A stretch of 64,000 bases of DNA. It comes from Polyangiaceae bacterium (GTDB lineage Bacteria > Myxococcota_A > Polyangia > Polyangiales > Polyangiaceae). Below, one piece after another: positions 49,637-58,926 of this stretch. Where the stretch lies: contig JBILLK010000007.1 in assembly GCA_044376115.1 (NCBI GenBank), positions 128,001 to 192,000 on the forward strand. The letters are read 5' to 3'. Numbering within the stretch: the first letter of the stretch is position 1; every line of letters begins with the position of its first letter. The notes below the pieces were generated by a model. The model was not told where the DNA came from. It saw nothing but the letters and a program-made list of their open reading frames with translations, and searched no databases. A program made the translations under genes and the position numbers.

Positions 49637-50686
49637 CTAGCCCAGCTTGACCTCGGCCACGCTGGGCGCCTCTTTGGCACGGGCTTCAAATAGGCTGTGC
49701 GCCCGCGCGCGAAGGGCGCGCATACGCCCCGCCGCTTCGGTGACGCGAGTGCGAAAGGCCGCGCTCTTTTCGAGCTCATGCAGCAGGCCTTCGAAGGCCG
49801 CCTCGCTGTGTTCCTCCTCTTTGCAAACCAGCACCGAATCACAGCCGGCGGCCACCGCGAGCACGGCCGATTCGGCGGGCGGATGAAGATCCAGCACGGC
49901 GCGCATCTCGAGATCATCGCTGAACAGCACGCCGTCGTAACCAAGCTCCTTGCGCAATAGCTCGGTCATCACCGCCGGCGAGAGCGTCGCTGGCCCTTGC
50001 GCAAGCGCCTCCACCACGATGTGCGCGCTCATCATCGAATCGAGCTTGGCCTGCGCGGCTGCGCGAAACGGCAACAGCTCCACCGCCTCCAAGCGAGCGC
50101 GCGCATGGCGAATCACCGGCAGATCGAAGTGGCTGTCTTTGTCGGTGTCTCCATGTCCGGGAAAATGTTTGCCGCAGGCCAGCACACCGCCCTGATTGAG
50201 TCCGCGCGCAAAGGCCAGCCCGAAGCGCGCGACCTCGGTCGCATCGGTGCTGAACGAGCGATCGCCGATCACAGGATTTGCGGGGTTGGAATCGACGTCG
50301 AGCACCGGCGCAAAATTGAGGTTCACACCCAGCTCGGCGAGCCGCGCGCCGATCGCCAGCCCCGAGCGTTCAATCAGCGCCTCGTCGTTGCGCTGCCCGA
50401 GCGCGCGCATCGGCCCGAGCACCGGCTCCGGCTTGGGCAGGCGGCTCACGCGACCGCCCTCTTCGTCGATCGCGATCAGGAGCGGCGGCTCACTGCTCGG
50501 CCGTTCGGCTTGCACCGAGGTGCACAGCGCTCGCAGTTGTTCGGCGCTGTGGAGGTTGCGCCGAAACAGAATCACGCCGGCTCGCCTACCGCTGCGCAGC
50601 CCAGCTTTGAGCGCCGGAGTAAGCTCCTCGGCCGGAAAGCCCACCACCAAGAGTTGCCCGGCCAGAGCCGCGAGCGAGTCAGTCAT
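49637..50686 (-). CDS. nagZ: Beta-N-acetylhexosaminidase (GH3)
   Basis: DEEGGRVSR, APVLDV, KHFPGHGDTDKDSH, SDDLEM. Confidence 0.95.
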   Translation of the reverse strand: MTDSLAALAGQLLVVGFPAEELTPALKAGLRSGRRAGVILFRRNLHSAEQLRALCTSVQAERPSSEPPLLIAIDEEGGRVSRLPKPEPVLGPMRALGQRNDEALIERSGLAIGARLAELGVNLNFAPVLDVDSNPANPVIGDRSFSTDATEVARFGLAFARGLNQGGVLACGKHFPGHGDTDKDSHFDLPVIRHARARLEAVELLPFRAAAQAKLDSMMSAHIVVEALAQGPATLSPAVMTELLRKELGYDGVLFSDDLEMRAVLDLHPPAESAVLAVAAGCDSVLVCKEEEHSEAAFEGLLHELEKSAAFRTRVTEAAGRMRALRARAHSLFEARAKEAPSVAEVKLG

Positions 50687-50696
50687 GCGGGCGGGT

Positions 50697-51458
50697 TTAC
50701 GGAGATTCCGCAGCTTTGTCGACAAAAGTGACGACGTTGCGTTCGCCCGTATCGCCGGCGTCGGCAAACAGCCGCACGCAGGCGATCTGCGCCGACGCGA
50801 GCACCGGCTCGAGCTCGGCGGGCAGCTCGGCTCGAAAGGTCTCGCGCGAGCGCGCCGAAAGCAGCACCAGCGGCCTGCCGGCCACGCGCACAAACGCCTC
50901 TGGCCTTTGTTGCGCGGCCTGCTCGACCCAGGCCAACTCCTCGGCGTTCGTTACCTCGGGCGCCAAGAGCAGCGCCTGATCCTGCGCCGCGCTGAGCAGC
51001 GTGTCCCAAGCGAAATCGGCGCGTGCTGCAGCGTTGAGCAGCGGCGCGATACCGCGTGCTCCGCAGGCGCGCGCCTCAGCAAGTTGGGTGACGCCCACAA
51101 AGCAATCCCACGCCAAAAGCGGAACGGCTGGGTCCTTGGCCAAGCTGCGTAACCAAGCGAAGCTGCCACCGAAGTGTAGCCCCTCGGTGGTCGCGAGCCG
51201 AAGCGAGGCCTGCTCCCACGCCTCGGCGCCGCGCGGGCTCCCAAGCGATGGCGCGCCTTCCTCCTCGAACGGCGTGCGCAGACATCGAAGGACGACGCTC
51301 GGCTCAAGGAGCTCGGCGAACTCCAGCGGCGCGCCGACTTCACTGCCGGCCGGCTTGCGACCGATGGGCGGCGCCGCGCCGAGGCGTGCTTCACGCGCTT
51401 CGGCGAAGCGGACCATCTTCTCGATCGCGCCCCAGCGTCGTGCTCGCGGCGCGCTCAT
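50697..51458 (-). CDS. Degenerate indole-3-glycerol phosphate synthase (TrpC)-like TIM barrel
   Basis: TEGLHFGGSFAWL...VPLLAWDCFVGVTQLAEARACGA...EVTNAEEL aligns with TrpC FGGS..L/P.LRKDF/Q..EAR..GAD/EVH...EL, but the catalytic Lys position reads W. Confidence 0.65.
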   Translation of the reverse strand: MSAPRARRWGAIEKMVRFAEAREARLGAAPPIGRKPAGSEVGAPLEFAELLEPSVVLRCLRTPFEEEGAPSLGSPRGAEAWEQASLRLATTEGLHFGGSFAWLRSLAKDPAVPLLAWDCFVGVTQLAEARACGARGIAPLLNAAARADFAWDTLLSAAQDQALLLAPEVTNAEELAWVEQAAQQRPEAFVRVAGRPLVLLSARSRETFRAELPAELEPVLASAQIACVRLFADAGDTGERNVVTFVDKAAESP

Positions 51459-52057
51459 TGCTGAACTCCCGCATGCAGGCCGTGCGCGAAGTTGAGCAGC
51501 ACCTGCTCGGCCGCCTCGCACAGGTGAGACTCCGGATGAAACTGAACCGAATAGAGCGGGAGTGTGGTGTGCGTGAGAGCCATGATTTCGTCGTCGTCGA
51601 GGGAGCGCGCAGTAGCGGTGAGCTCCTTGGGCAGCGAGGCTTGCTCGACCGTCAAGGAGTTGTAGCGAGCTACCTGAAGCGGGGAGGGGAGCCCAGCGAA
51701 TAGTCCGCTCCCGTCATGCGAAACGCGAACGGTTTTGCCGTGCATCGGCCGCTTGGCGTGCACCACGCGGCCGCCGGCAACCTGCGCCAACGCTTGATGT
51801 CCGAGGCAAACGCCGAGCGTCGGCAACAGGAGTTCCCTCGCAAGTAGCCGCTGATACAGCGTCAAGCTGCTGCCAGCCTCCGAGGGTGAGCACGGGCCCG
51901 GCGAAACCAGGGCGCCGTCGAAGCGAGTTTGCAGGTCCGCCGGCAGCGGTGCGTCGTTGGGGAGCACGGTGCAGCGCAGAAGCTTTTGCAGGCTCGCGAC
52001 CAAGTTGAAGGTGAAGGAGTCGTAGTTGTCGATGACCAGGATATGGGGCTTTTTCAT
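51455..52057 (-). CDS. trpG: Anthranilate/aminodeoxychorismate synthase glutamine amidotransferase (TrpG/PabA)
   Basis: IDNYDSFTFNL, SPGP, LGVCLGHQ, VQFHPES (intact Cys-His-Glu triad). Confidence 0.93.
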   Translation of the reverse strand: MKKPHILVIDNYDSFTFNLVASLQKLLRCTVLPNDAPLPADLQTRFDGALVSPGPCSPSEAGSSLTLYQRLLARELLLPTLGVCLGHQALAQVAGGRVVHAKRPMHGKTVRVSHDGSGLFAGLPSPLQVARYNSLTVEQASLPKELTATARSLDDDEIMALTHTTLPLYSVQFHPESHLCEAAEQVLLNFAHGLHAGVQQ

Positions 52058-52100
52058 CAACAACTTTTCCCGCGGCGCAACCGATCGCTAGCCTTTTACC

Positions 52101-52487
52101 ATGCAACGAAATCTGATTCAGGTCCCCGCTCGCCACGAGGTTTCGCGCAGTGAACGACGTACGGCTCGCCGCAAGCCGGTTCGACTGTTTTGCAACCAAT
52201 ACATCGATGGCAGCCCCATCCTTGGAGAGGCCTGGGAGATTTCGATGACCGGCGTGCTCGTTCGTCGCGTCAACGGTCCGGATTTGGATCGCGCTTGTTA
52301 CGCGATTGAGATTGGCCACCCGACCGAGCCGTTGCCGCGACTCTGGCTGTGTGCCTCTCCGGTCTGGCGCCAAGGCGAGTTTGAGGCGCTGCGCTTCGTT
52401 GGCCTCGCCCCGCAAGATCGGTTGCAACTGGCCCACCTTCTGGGCCGCGTCGACGTGGCAACCTCGGAAAGCCCCTCGCTCGCCTGA
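52101..52487 (+). CDS. PilZ domain protein
   Basis: ERRTARR (RxxxR) and EISMTG (D/NxSxxG variant). Confidence 0.75.
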   Translation: MQRNLIQVPARHEVSRSERRTARRKPVRLFCNQYIDGSPILGEAWEISMTGVLVRRVNGPDLDRACYAIEIGHPTEPLPRLWLCASPVWRQGEFEALRFVGLAPQDRLQLAHLLGRVDVATSESPSLA

Positions 52488-52647
52488 TCACTCCGCGAAG
52501 TTTCGGCCGAAGGCGGCCTACTACTTCGACGTGCCCGAAGGCGCCGAGGATCGTTTCACTTGGCAGGAGTCATTCCGTTGACAGCCGCGCTTATCGGCCG
52601 TTAACGTGCGACCGAGTTTCGGCGCCAGGGAGGCGCAAGAGGAGCCG

Positions 52648-53850
52648 ATGGCTGAAGAGAAGTCCAAGAAGCCGAAGATTGACCTGAAGGCGCGTCTCGG
52701 CAAGACCGTCGCTGGTGGTGCAGCCGCACCCGGAGGCCTCTCGGGCCCGCCGGAGGCCGGTCCCTCGAGCGTTCGGCCCGAGGCAGACCGCGCAAGTGCT
52801 CCGCCGCGTCCGAGTTTGCCAGGTGGAATTGCTCCGCCGGTCGGTATCGCGCCGCCGCCGAGCATCGCTGGCGCTGGTTTTGGCGGGGTGAACCCGTTTG
52901 CGCCCAAGGTTGCTCCGGCTCCGGCCCCGCCGCCGCCCAAGCTCACCGCTGAGCAGCAGACCATCAAGGTCGAGCTCGGTGAGGAGATCCACGACGAGCG
53001 TCGCAAGGCGACTAAGTTCGCGGTGATCGTCGGCTTCGCCATGTTGCTCGTCGGCGGTGGCATCGGCTTCTTCGCTGGTGGCGCTCGCGAGAAGCAGTCC
53101 CGCCAAGCTGAAGGCATCAAGGGCGCATGCGCTCTCGAGACCGAGGTATCGAACAGCAGCAAGAAGATTGAAGAGCTGATCCCGATCTTGAAAGAGGTCG
53201 AGGACGGGCTCAAAGGCAAGAAGTACCCGGCCGATGCACTGGGCAAGTTGAGCTCCTTCGCCGTGCCCTTCAACGCGGCGACGATCGAGGGCAAAAACGT
53301 CGGCAACCTCCCCGGCGCAATTCAGAGCAAGGTCTTCCTCTACCTGCGCAAGTCGGAAGAGTTGGAAGACAAGAAAGAGGCGCTCAAGAACTCGCTTGGC
53401 GCGCAGAAGGCTGCCATCGAGGGCGCTTGGAAGAAGGAAGAGAAGCCGCTGTTCGAGCTGGCTGTGATCTTCAGCGCGGCCGGTGAAGGCAAGATGTTGA
53501 GCCAGGTCGTCGGTATCAAAGAGCCGTTCGAGACGGGCATCAAAGAATGGCCGAAGGAGCTCGCCATCAAGGTTCCCGGCATGCGTGACGGCCGTCGCGT
53601 GGAAGACGAGAAGAAGGCCACCAAGTTCGAGAAGGAAGTCACGGCTCAAACCGGTCCGGTGTACATGCCGGTGGATCCGGCCACCGTCGCCGGCTTTACG
53701 GACGAGCGCGCGGCTCTGCCGATCTTGAAGGGTCTTTTCGACATTCGCATGATCCTGCAAGGGGACGAGACTCCTGGCCGTGAGAAGCCCGGCGCGATGA
53801 AAGAGGGCACCGATCTCTCGGTTGCGCTCGAGAAGCTCTGTCTACGTTGA
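52648..53850 (+). CDS. Single-TM membrane protein with Pro-rich N-terminus
   Basis: GAGGAG RBS; KPKIDLKARLG start; one TM; strong codon bias. Confidence 0.8.
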   Translation: MAEEKSKKPKIDLKARLGKTVAGGAAAPGGLSGPPEAGPSSVRPEADRASAPPRPSLPGGIAPPVGIAPPPSIAGAGFGGVNPFAPKVAPAPAPPPPKLTAEQQTIKVELGEEIHDERRKATKFAVIVGFAMLLVGGGIGFFAGGAREKQSRQAEGIKGACALETEVSNSSKKIEELIPILKEVEDGLKGKKYPADALGKLSSFAVPFNAATIEGKNVGNLPGAIQSKVFLYLRKSEELEDKKEALKNSLGAQKAAIEGAWKKEEKPLFELAVIFSAAGEGKMLSQVVGIKEPFETGIKEWPKELAIKVPGMRDGRRVEDEKKATKFEKEVTAQTGPVYMPVDPATVAGFTDERAALPILKGLFDIRMILQGDETPGREKPGAMKEGTDLSVALEKLCLR

Positions 53851-53982
53851 CCCACGCTTGACCTCGGTCGAGCGCTGACGGCCTCCAGCAAACCTGGAGG
53901 TCGTTTGCGTTTGTACGCCGAACGCACGCTGGTGCTGCGCCCGGTGGCGCATCGCCCGCTCAGGGAGCTGGGCTCAGCCGAC

Positions 53983-55275
53983 TCAGGCGGAGCGAACGCT
54001 GGGGCGCAAAGACATCGGAGGCCGCTCGAACTCGACCCGTTCGACCATGCCGTTCTTCACTTCGGTTACCACGATCGAGAGCTCCCAGCGCTTGTGGTGG
54101 GAGCCCGCCGTGGCTCCAGCGAAAAGCTCGGCGAGCGTGCGTTCAGCTTCGTCCTCGGCCACCGTGAAGCCGAGGTACGCACCCAAGTCGGAGGCCGGTA
54201 CAGCACCAGCAACCAACCACTTGTCGGCGCCAAGCTCTTGAATCGGCGCGTGCTCGACCTCGTCGTGCTCATCGCGGATGTCCCCGACGATCTCCTCGAT
54301 GATGTCCTCCAAGGTGACGATGCCGCTGGTGCCGCCGAACTCGTCCACCACCACCGCGAGGTGCTGGCGCTTCTGCCGCATCTCGCGCAAGAGCGAGACC
54401 AACTTCTGTTGCTCCGGAACGAAGATGACGTCCCTGCGGATCACGTCGGCCAGGGTCCGGCTGCGGCTGATCGGCTCTTCATCGTCGCTGGCGTTCTCAG
54501 CCTTGAAGACGTCCTTCGCGACCAGGATGCCGACGACGTTGTCGAGCTGACCCTCGAACACCGGGTAACGGCTGTGGCCGCTTTCGGCGACGAGCTTGCG
54601 CACGGCGTCGAGCGGTGTGGCTAGATCGATCGCCTCGATGCGGGTGCGCGAGAGCATGACCTCGCGGGCGCGACGGTCCTCGAATTCGAGCACGTTGCGG
54701 ATGATCTCGGCGGGCTCGGCGCCCACCACGCCGCTGCGCTCGACCTCGTCGACGAAGTATTCGACCTCGGCGCTGGCTACGCTCGAGTCGGCGTCCTCAC
54801 TCTCGGGCATGCGCTCGGCGATGTTCTCGGAGAGCGCTGCAAGCGGCCTGGAGAAGGGCCACAACAGCCACTCGAAGCCGCGCAAATAGCTCGCTAGTAG
54901 CGGCCCCCAGGTGTCTGAGTTCTTGCGCGCGATGGTCGCGAGCAGCGAGCTGATGGGGGCGTATAGGAGCAGCGCCGCGAGGATGGCTAACGCGGTGCCC
55001 AGCCGACCCGGAACCCAGCCCTCGACCACCTCGGCCAAGAGCACCGCCGTAACCGCTGCGGAGAGCACACGCCCAACGACGTACGCGGCGTGAACTTGGG
55101 CGCCGTGACGCTGGTAACGCTCGAGCGCGCTGCGATGCGGCAGCCCCTCTTGTTCGAGCAAGGCGGCCATGCGCGCCGACGTCAGGTTGGCCAACGCCGC
55201 ATCCGCCGCCACGAACAACGCACCGAGCACCGCGGCGCTCAGGGCGATCAACAAACTTGGCAGCGGTCCCGACAT
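53983..55275 (-). CDS. Hemolysin/CNNM family CBS-domain transporter (DUF21-CBS-CorC)
   Basis: N-terminal TMs, AREVM, GHSRYPV, AVVVDEFGGTSGIVTLEDIIEEIVGDIRDEHD. Confidence 0.93.
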   Translation of the reverse strand: MSGPLPSLLIALSAAVLGALFVAADAALANLTSARMAALLEQEGLPHRSALERYQRHGAQVHAAYVVGRVLSAAVTAVLLAEVVEGWVPGRLGTALAILAALLLYAPISSLLATIARKNSDTWGPLLASYLRGFEWLLWPFSRPLAALSENIAERMPESEDADSSVASAEVEYFVDEVERSGVVGAEPAEIIRNVLEFEDRRAREVMLSRTRIEAIDLATPLDAVRKLVAESGHSRYPVFEGQLDNVVGILVAKDVFKAENASDDEEPISRSRTLADVIRRDVIFVPEQQKLVSLLREMRQKRQHLAVVVDEFGGTSGIVTLEDIIEEIVGDIRDEHDEVEHAPIQELGADKWLVAGAVPASDLGAYLGFTVAEDEAERTLAELFAGATAGSHHKRWELSIVVTEVKNGMVERVEFERPPMSLRPSVRSA

Positions 55276-55381
55276 CCTTATGTGGGAGGCATCCTACCAG
55301 GTGCGGCCCCTGGACGGAACCGCGCTAACGCTAGGGGTCGCGTCGTTCGCCCTTTGCATAAAGTTCGCTAGCATCGCGCCC

Positions 55382-56776
55382 ATGAACGATCTCGCCGACG
55401 GCGAGGAGAAGAAGGTCCAGGGCTCGGGCTCGGCCGTGTACACGCTGAAGAACAGCGGCGGGGTGTACTCGTGCACGTGTCCGGCTTGGATGCATCAATC
55501 GCTCGGGATCGAGCGGCGGAGCTGCAAACATTTGCGCGCGCTGCGCGGTGATGAAGCGGAGCAGGCGCGCGTTGGGGAGCTCAGCGGAAAGCCTGCGCGC
55601 CCCGTGCGCCCGGCGAAGGTCGAGGGCTCCGATTCGGAGGAAGCCGATGCTGACGGTCCGCCGCTGCTCTTGGCCCACAAATGGGAGAGCTCGGTGGACG
55701 TGACCGGCTGGTGGCTGAGCGAGAAGCTCGACGGAGTTCGCGCCTATTGGGATGGCACGCAGTTCCTCTCGCGTTTGGGCAACAAGTTCTTCCCGCCGGC
55801 TTGGTTCACCGAGGGCCTGCCGAAGACGCCGCTCGACGGTGAACTATGGGGCGGTCGCAAGCTCTTTCAGCGCACCGTGGGCATCGTCAAACGACAGGAT
55901 CAAAGTCCGCTATGGAAAGACCTTCTGTACGTCGTATTCGACGCGCCAGCACACGACGCTGTGTTTGAGGAGCGCATGGCGCACTGTGAGACGCTCATTG
56001 GTGGCGGCAAACACCCGTACACGAGGGTGCACGCGCAAGAGCGCTGCCAAAGCATCGAGCATCTGAAGGCCGAGCTCGCGCGCGTCGAGGCGCTCGGTGG
56101 TGAAGGGCTGATGGCGCGCAAGCCGCAGAGTCGTTACGAGGCGGGGCGCAGCAATACGTTGCTGAAGGTGAAGACCTTTCACGATGCGGAGGCGCGCGTG
56201 CTCGGTCACGTCGCGGGCGCTGGGCGACACAAAGGCCGCATGGGCGCCTTGTTGGTCGAGCTCGCCGATGGCACCACGTTCAATGTCGGGACAGGCTTCT
56301 CGGATCATGAGCGTGAAAATCCGCCGGCTATCGGCGAGCTGATCACCTTCCGTTATCAGGAGCTCTCCGACGGTGGCGTGCCGCGTTTCCCTTCGTATGT
56401 TGGCGTGCGTCACGACGCTCGCGGCCCCTCGAGCTTGGCGACCAACCTCGCGAACAAGCCCGCTCCGCTGCCAGCGCCGGCGCCCAGGCTGCCGAGCTTC
56501 AGTGCGACTGCGCCCGCAGCCGCGCCTCGCGTCGCTACCGAACCCAGCGTCGCTGGCGAGCCGACCGAAGCGCCGCAACGCCGCCGCTTCGAGATGACCG
56601 ACGGGGACACCCGCTACTTCTGGGAGATCGAGCGAGACGGCGCCAAACATCGCGTTCGCTTTGGGAGCTTCGAGCAGAAGCTAAAGAAGTTCGATTCAGA
56701 GGCCGCAGCCGAGGCGGGCCTTGCTGCACGCATTCAAGAAAAGCTGGAGAAGGGGTTCGTCGAAGTCGACGACTGA
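55382..56776 (+). CDS. ATP-dependent DNA ligase with N-terminal SWIM Zn finger and C-terminal WGR-like domain
   Basis: YSCTCPAW...CKH (SWIM); SEKLDGVR (motif I), LDGEL, VFD, EGLM, LLKVK; OB-fold VGTGFSD...PRFP; C-terminal RFE.....YFWEI....VRFG...QEKLEKGF. Confidence 0.92.
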   Translation: MNDLADGEEKKVQGSGSAVYTLKNSGGVYSCTCPAWMHQSLGIERRSCKHLRALRGDEAEQARVGELSGKPARPVRPAKVEGSDSEEADADGPPLLLAHKWESSVDVTGWWLSEKLDGVRAYWDGTQFLSRLGNKFFPPAWFTEGLPKTPLDGELWGGRKLFQRTVGIVKRQDQSPLWKDLLYVVFDAPAHDAVFEERMAHCETLIGGGKHPYTRVHAQERCQSIEHLKAELARVEALGGEGLMARKPQSRYEAGRSNTLLKVKTFHDAEARVLGHVAGAGRHKGRMGALLVELADGTTFNVGTGFSDHERENPPAIGELITFRYQELSDGGVPRFPSYVGVRHDARGPSSLATNLANKPAPLPAPAPRLPSFSATAPAAAPRVATEPSVAGEPTEAPQRRRFEMTDGDTRYFWEIERDGAKHRVRFGSFEQKLKKFDSEAAAEAGLAARIQEKLEKGFVEVDD

Positions 56777-56787
56777 AGGGAGAAACC

Positions 56788-57438
56788 ATGCCGAGATATG
56801 AATTCGTCGAAGGGGCGTCCAAAAAATTCTGGGAGATTGCGCTGGAGGGGACCTCGTTCACCACCACCTACGGGCGCATCGGCACCGAAGGTCAGATGTC
56901 GATGAAGGAGTACGACTCCGAAGAGAAGGCGCAGAAGGAGTACGACAAGCTGATCGCCGAGAAGACCAAAAAGGGCTACGTGCTCGCTGGAGGAGCTGCG
57001 CCCGCCGCAGCGCCTGCACCGGCAGCGGCTCCTGCTCCAGCAGCGGCTCCTGCTCCGGCGAAAGCTGCTGCGAAGAAGTCGGCCGCCGTCTTCGATGACG
57101 AGGGCGACGACGACGAGGAGGACGAGGCGCCCAAAGCCAAGAAGGCCGCCAAAGCTGCAGCGCCTGCGAAGGCCGCTCCCGCCAAGCCAGCCGCTCCAGC
57201 AAAGGCCGCAACCACCGCCAGTGAGGGCGCGCGCCTGTTCGAGTTCGTCGAGGGCTCGTCGGCGAAGTTTTGGGAGATCAAGCTCGAGGGCACCTCCTTC
57301 ACCACGCGCTACGGCAAGCTCGGCACCGACGGCCAGATGTCGATGAAAGAGTACGACTCCGAGGAGAAGGCTCAGAAGGAGTACGACAAGCTCGTGGCCG
57401 AGAAGACGAAGAAGGGCTACGTCGAAAAATCAGCCTGA
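56788..57438 (+). CDS. Tandem WGR domain protein
   Basis: Two domains EFVEG.S.KFWEI...YGRIG/YGKLG...EKTKKGY joined by an Ala/Pro/Lys linker with an acidic patch; 11 bp after the ligase stop, GGGAGA RBS. Confidence 0.92.
   Translation: MPRYEFVEGASKKFWEIALEGTSFTTTYGRIGTEGQMSMKEYDSEEKAQKEYDKLIAEKTKKGYVLAGGAAPAAAPAPAAAPAPAAAPAPAKAAAKKSAAVFDDEGDDDEEDEAPKAKKAAKAAAPAKAAPAKPAAPAKAATTASEGARLFEFVEGSSAKFWEIKLEGTSFTTRYGKLGTDGQMSMKEYDSEEKAQKEYDKLVAEKTKKGYVEKSA
56800..57423 (+). repeat. 183-bp imperfect direct repeat (56800-56982 and 57241-57423)
   Basis: Encodes the two WGR domains; 53 of 61 aa identical by hand count. Confidence 0.9.
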
Positions 57439-58899
57439 AGCGCGCGCCTCAAGAGCCTTGATGCGCTCGAGAAATACGCGGCCTTTTTTCGGATCCACCA
57501 TGAAGATGAAGGCCGCCATTCCTTGCAGTTGCTCGAGGCTCTCACCGTCTTTGCCCGGCTTGCCCTGCTCGCGATTGTGAATCGCCGCACGCAGACGACG
57601 CACCGTCTCGCGGGGCACGCGCGCCGGCGGGACCTCGGGCGAGACGGCCTTGTTGACCACCAAGCCGGTCACCCGCTGGCTTGAACCAGCGCGACGCACG
57701 GCCGTCTTCTTGCGGTGCATGCGGAAGCCCTCCGCCTCGAGGATCTGCGCCACGCCGCGCAACAGCGTACCGACCGGAGCGGCTGCTCGTGAGTGGGGCG
57801 GCAGCGGCTCGCCGCTCGGACCGACGCTGGGTGTGTTCCAGGAGAAGGTCAGGTCGTCGGCGTAACGGGTGTACGAAAACTCGAGCAGCCGAGCGAGCCC
57901 AGAGATGCGCCGATCCAGCCGCATGCAAAGCGCGTTGGTGATCGCAGGGGAGGTGGGTGCGCCTTGCGGGCAGCTGCGTGCGCCTTGCGCGACGTACAGC
58001 GTCTTGCCGCGGAACTGCACCAACTCGCGCGGCGGTTCAGTGGCTAGCAGGGCACACAACGTTGCCACACTCTCGGGCAGGCCACCGCTGCGGAACAGGC
58101 CCTTCACGCGACGAAAGGTGACCGTCGGAAAGAAGTCCTTCACGTCGATTTTGACGACCAGCTCGGCACCGGCGTGCGCCTTGGCGTTCGACGCGATCGA
58201 GCGGGCGCGCAAGAAGCCGTGGGCTGCGCCGTGGACCGGCAATTTGTCGACGAGGTTCTTGAGCAGCCAACGTTGGATGCGTTTGAGCTCCGGCTTGGGG
58301 GCCGAGATCGTCCGGCGGGTTCCGTCGCGTTTGGCGATGGTCCAAAACTCGTAGTTGGAGGAGCTCTCGACGTCGCGGTGGAAGCAGAGCTTGCGTAAGG
58401 TCGGAACGTCCACTGCGAGCGCCTTGGCGAGCTCGGTGAAGGACTCTAGCGAGAGGTCGTTGGCGCGCGCGCGCAGCAGCCGTGCTTCCTTCTCACGGCT
58501 GGTCTCGTCGTCGTCGTCGCGATAAAAAACGCCCTGGCCCAAGAAGTCGATGTGGGTCGCCAAGTAGGCTTTGCGGGCGAGCTTGACCAAGCTGCGGCGG
58601 GCCTCCGCTTCGGCCTTCTTGCGCTCTTTGAAGGAGGACTTGGCGCCCTCGGCGACCGTGCTTCCGTCCTCGTCCACCAGCAGGCCTTGCGATCGCAGCT
58701 CGGCGTTGATCCAAGCGGGGACACCACCCGCTTGCTCGATCGCCTTCCAACGCTGGAGCGCTTTGTCGCGCTCGAGAGCGCGCGCCGCGCGTTCCGCTTT
58801 GCGCTGTTCACGCAGCTCGGCCGAGGGCTTCGCCGCTTGCCCCGGGTCGAGCACTACGAGCCCGGTGGCGGGGACGTTCTTTTCGCTTTGTCCGCTCAT
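57430..58899 (-). CDS. Retron reverse transcriptase (Mx162-like, long N-terminal extension)
   Basis: AHGF, NAKAH (retron region X), KIDVKDFFPT, PQGAPTSP, YTRYADDLTFS, VTGL (region Y); likely ATG at 58899. Confidence 0.97.
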   Translation of the reverse strand: MSGQSEKNVPATGLVVLDPGQAAKPSAELREQRKAERAARALERDKALQRWKAIEQAGGVPAWINAELRSQGLLVDEDGSTVAEGAKSSFKERKKAEAEARRSLVKLARKAYLATHIDFLGQGVFYRDDDDETSREKEARLLRARANDLSLESFTELAKALAVDVPTLRKLCFHRDVESSSNYEFWTIAKRDGTRRTISAPKPELKRIQRWLLKNLVDKLPVHGAAHGFLRARSIASNAKAHAGAELVVKIDVKDFFPTVTFRRVKGLFRSGGLPESVATLCALLATEPPRELVQFRGKTLYVAQGARSCPQGAPTSPAITNALCMRLDRRISGLARLLEFSYTRYADDLTFSWNTPSVGPSGEPLPPHSRAAAPVGTLLRGVAQILEAEGFRMHRKKTAVRRAGSSQRVTGLVVNKAVSPEVPPARVPRETVRRLRAAIHNREQGKPGKDGESLEQLQGMAAFIFMVDPKKGRVFLERIKALEARASG

Positions 58900-58926
58900 C
58901 GTTGGTCGCACCGAGCGAGCATCGAC

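Noticed and set aside
52591..53760. Long antisense ORFs (also 2564..3547, 9750..11060, 29852..30775, 61695..62669)
   Set aside because: Expected stop-poor shadows of high-GC coding strands; no motifs.
55169..55381. N-terminal extension of the ligase ORF
   Set aside because: Overlaps the divergent CBS gene; ATG 55382 immediately precedes the SWIM region.
57430..58899. RT as group II intron, DGR or CRISPR-associated RT
   Set aside because: NAxxH and VTG motifs plus the upstream msr-msd identify a retron; no intron, template-repeat or cas features are visible.
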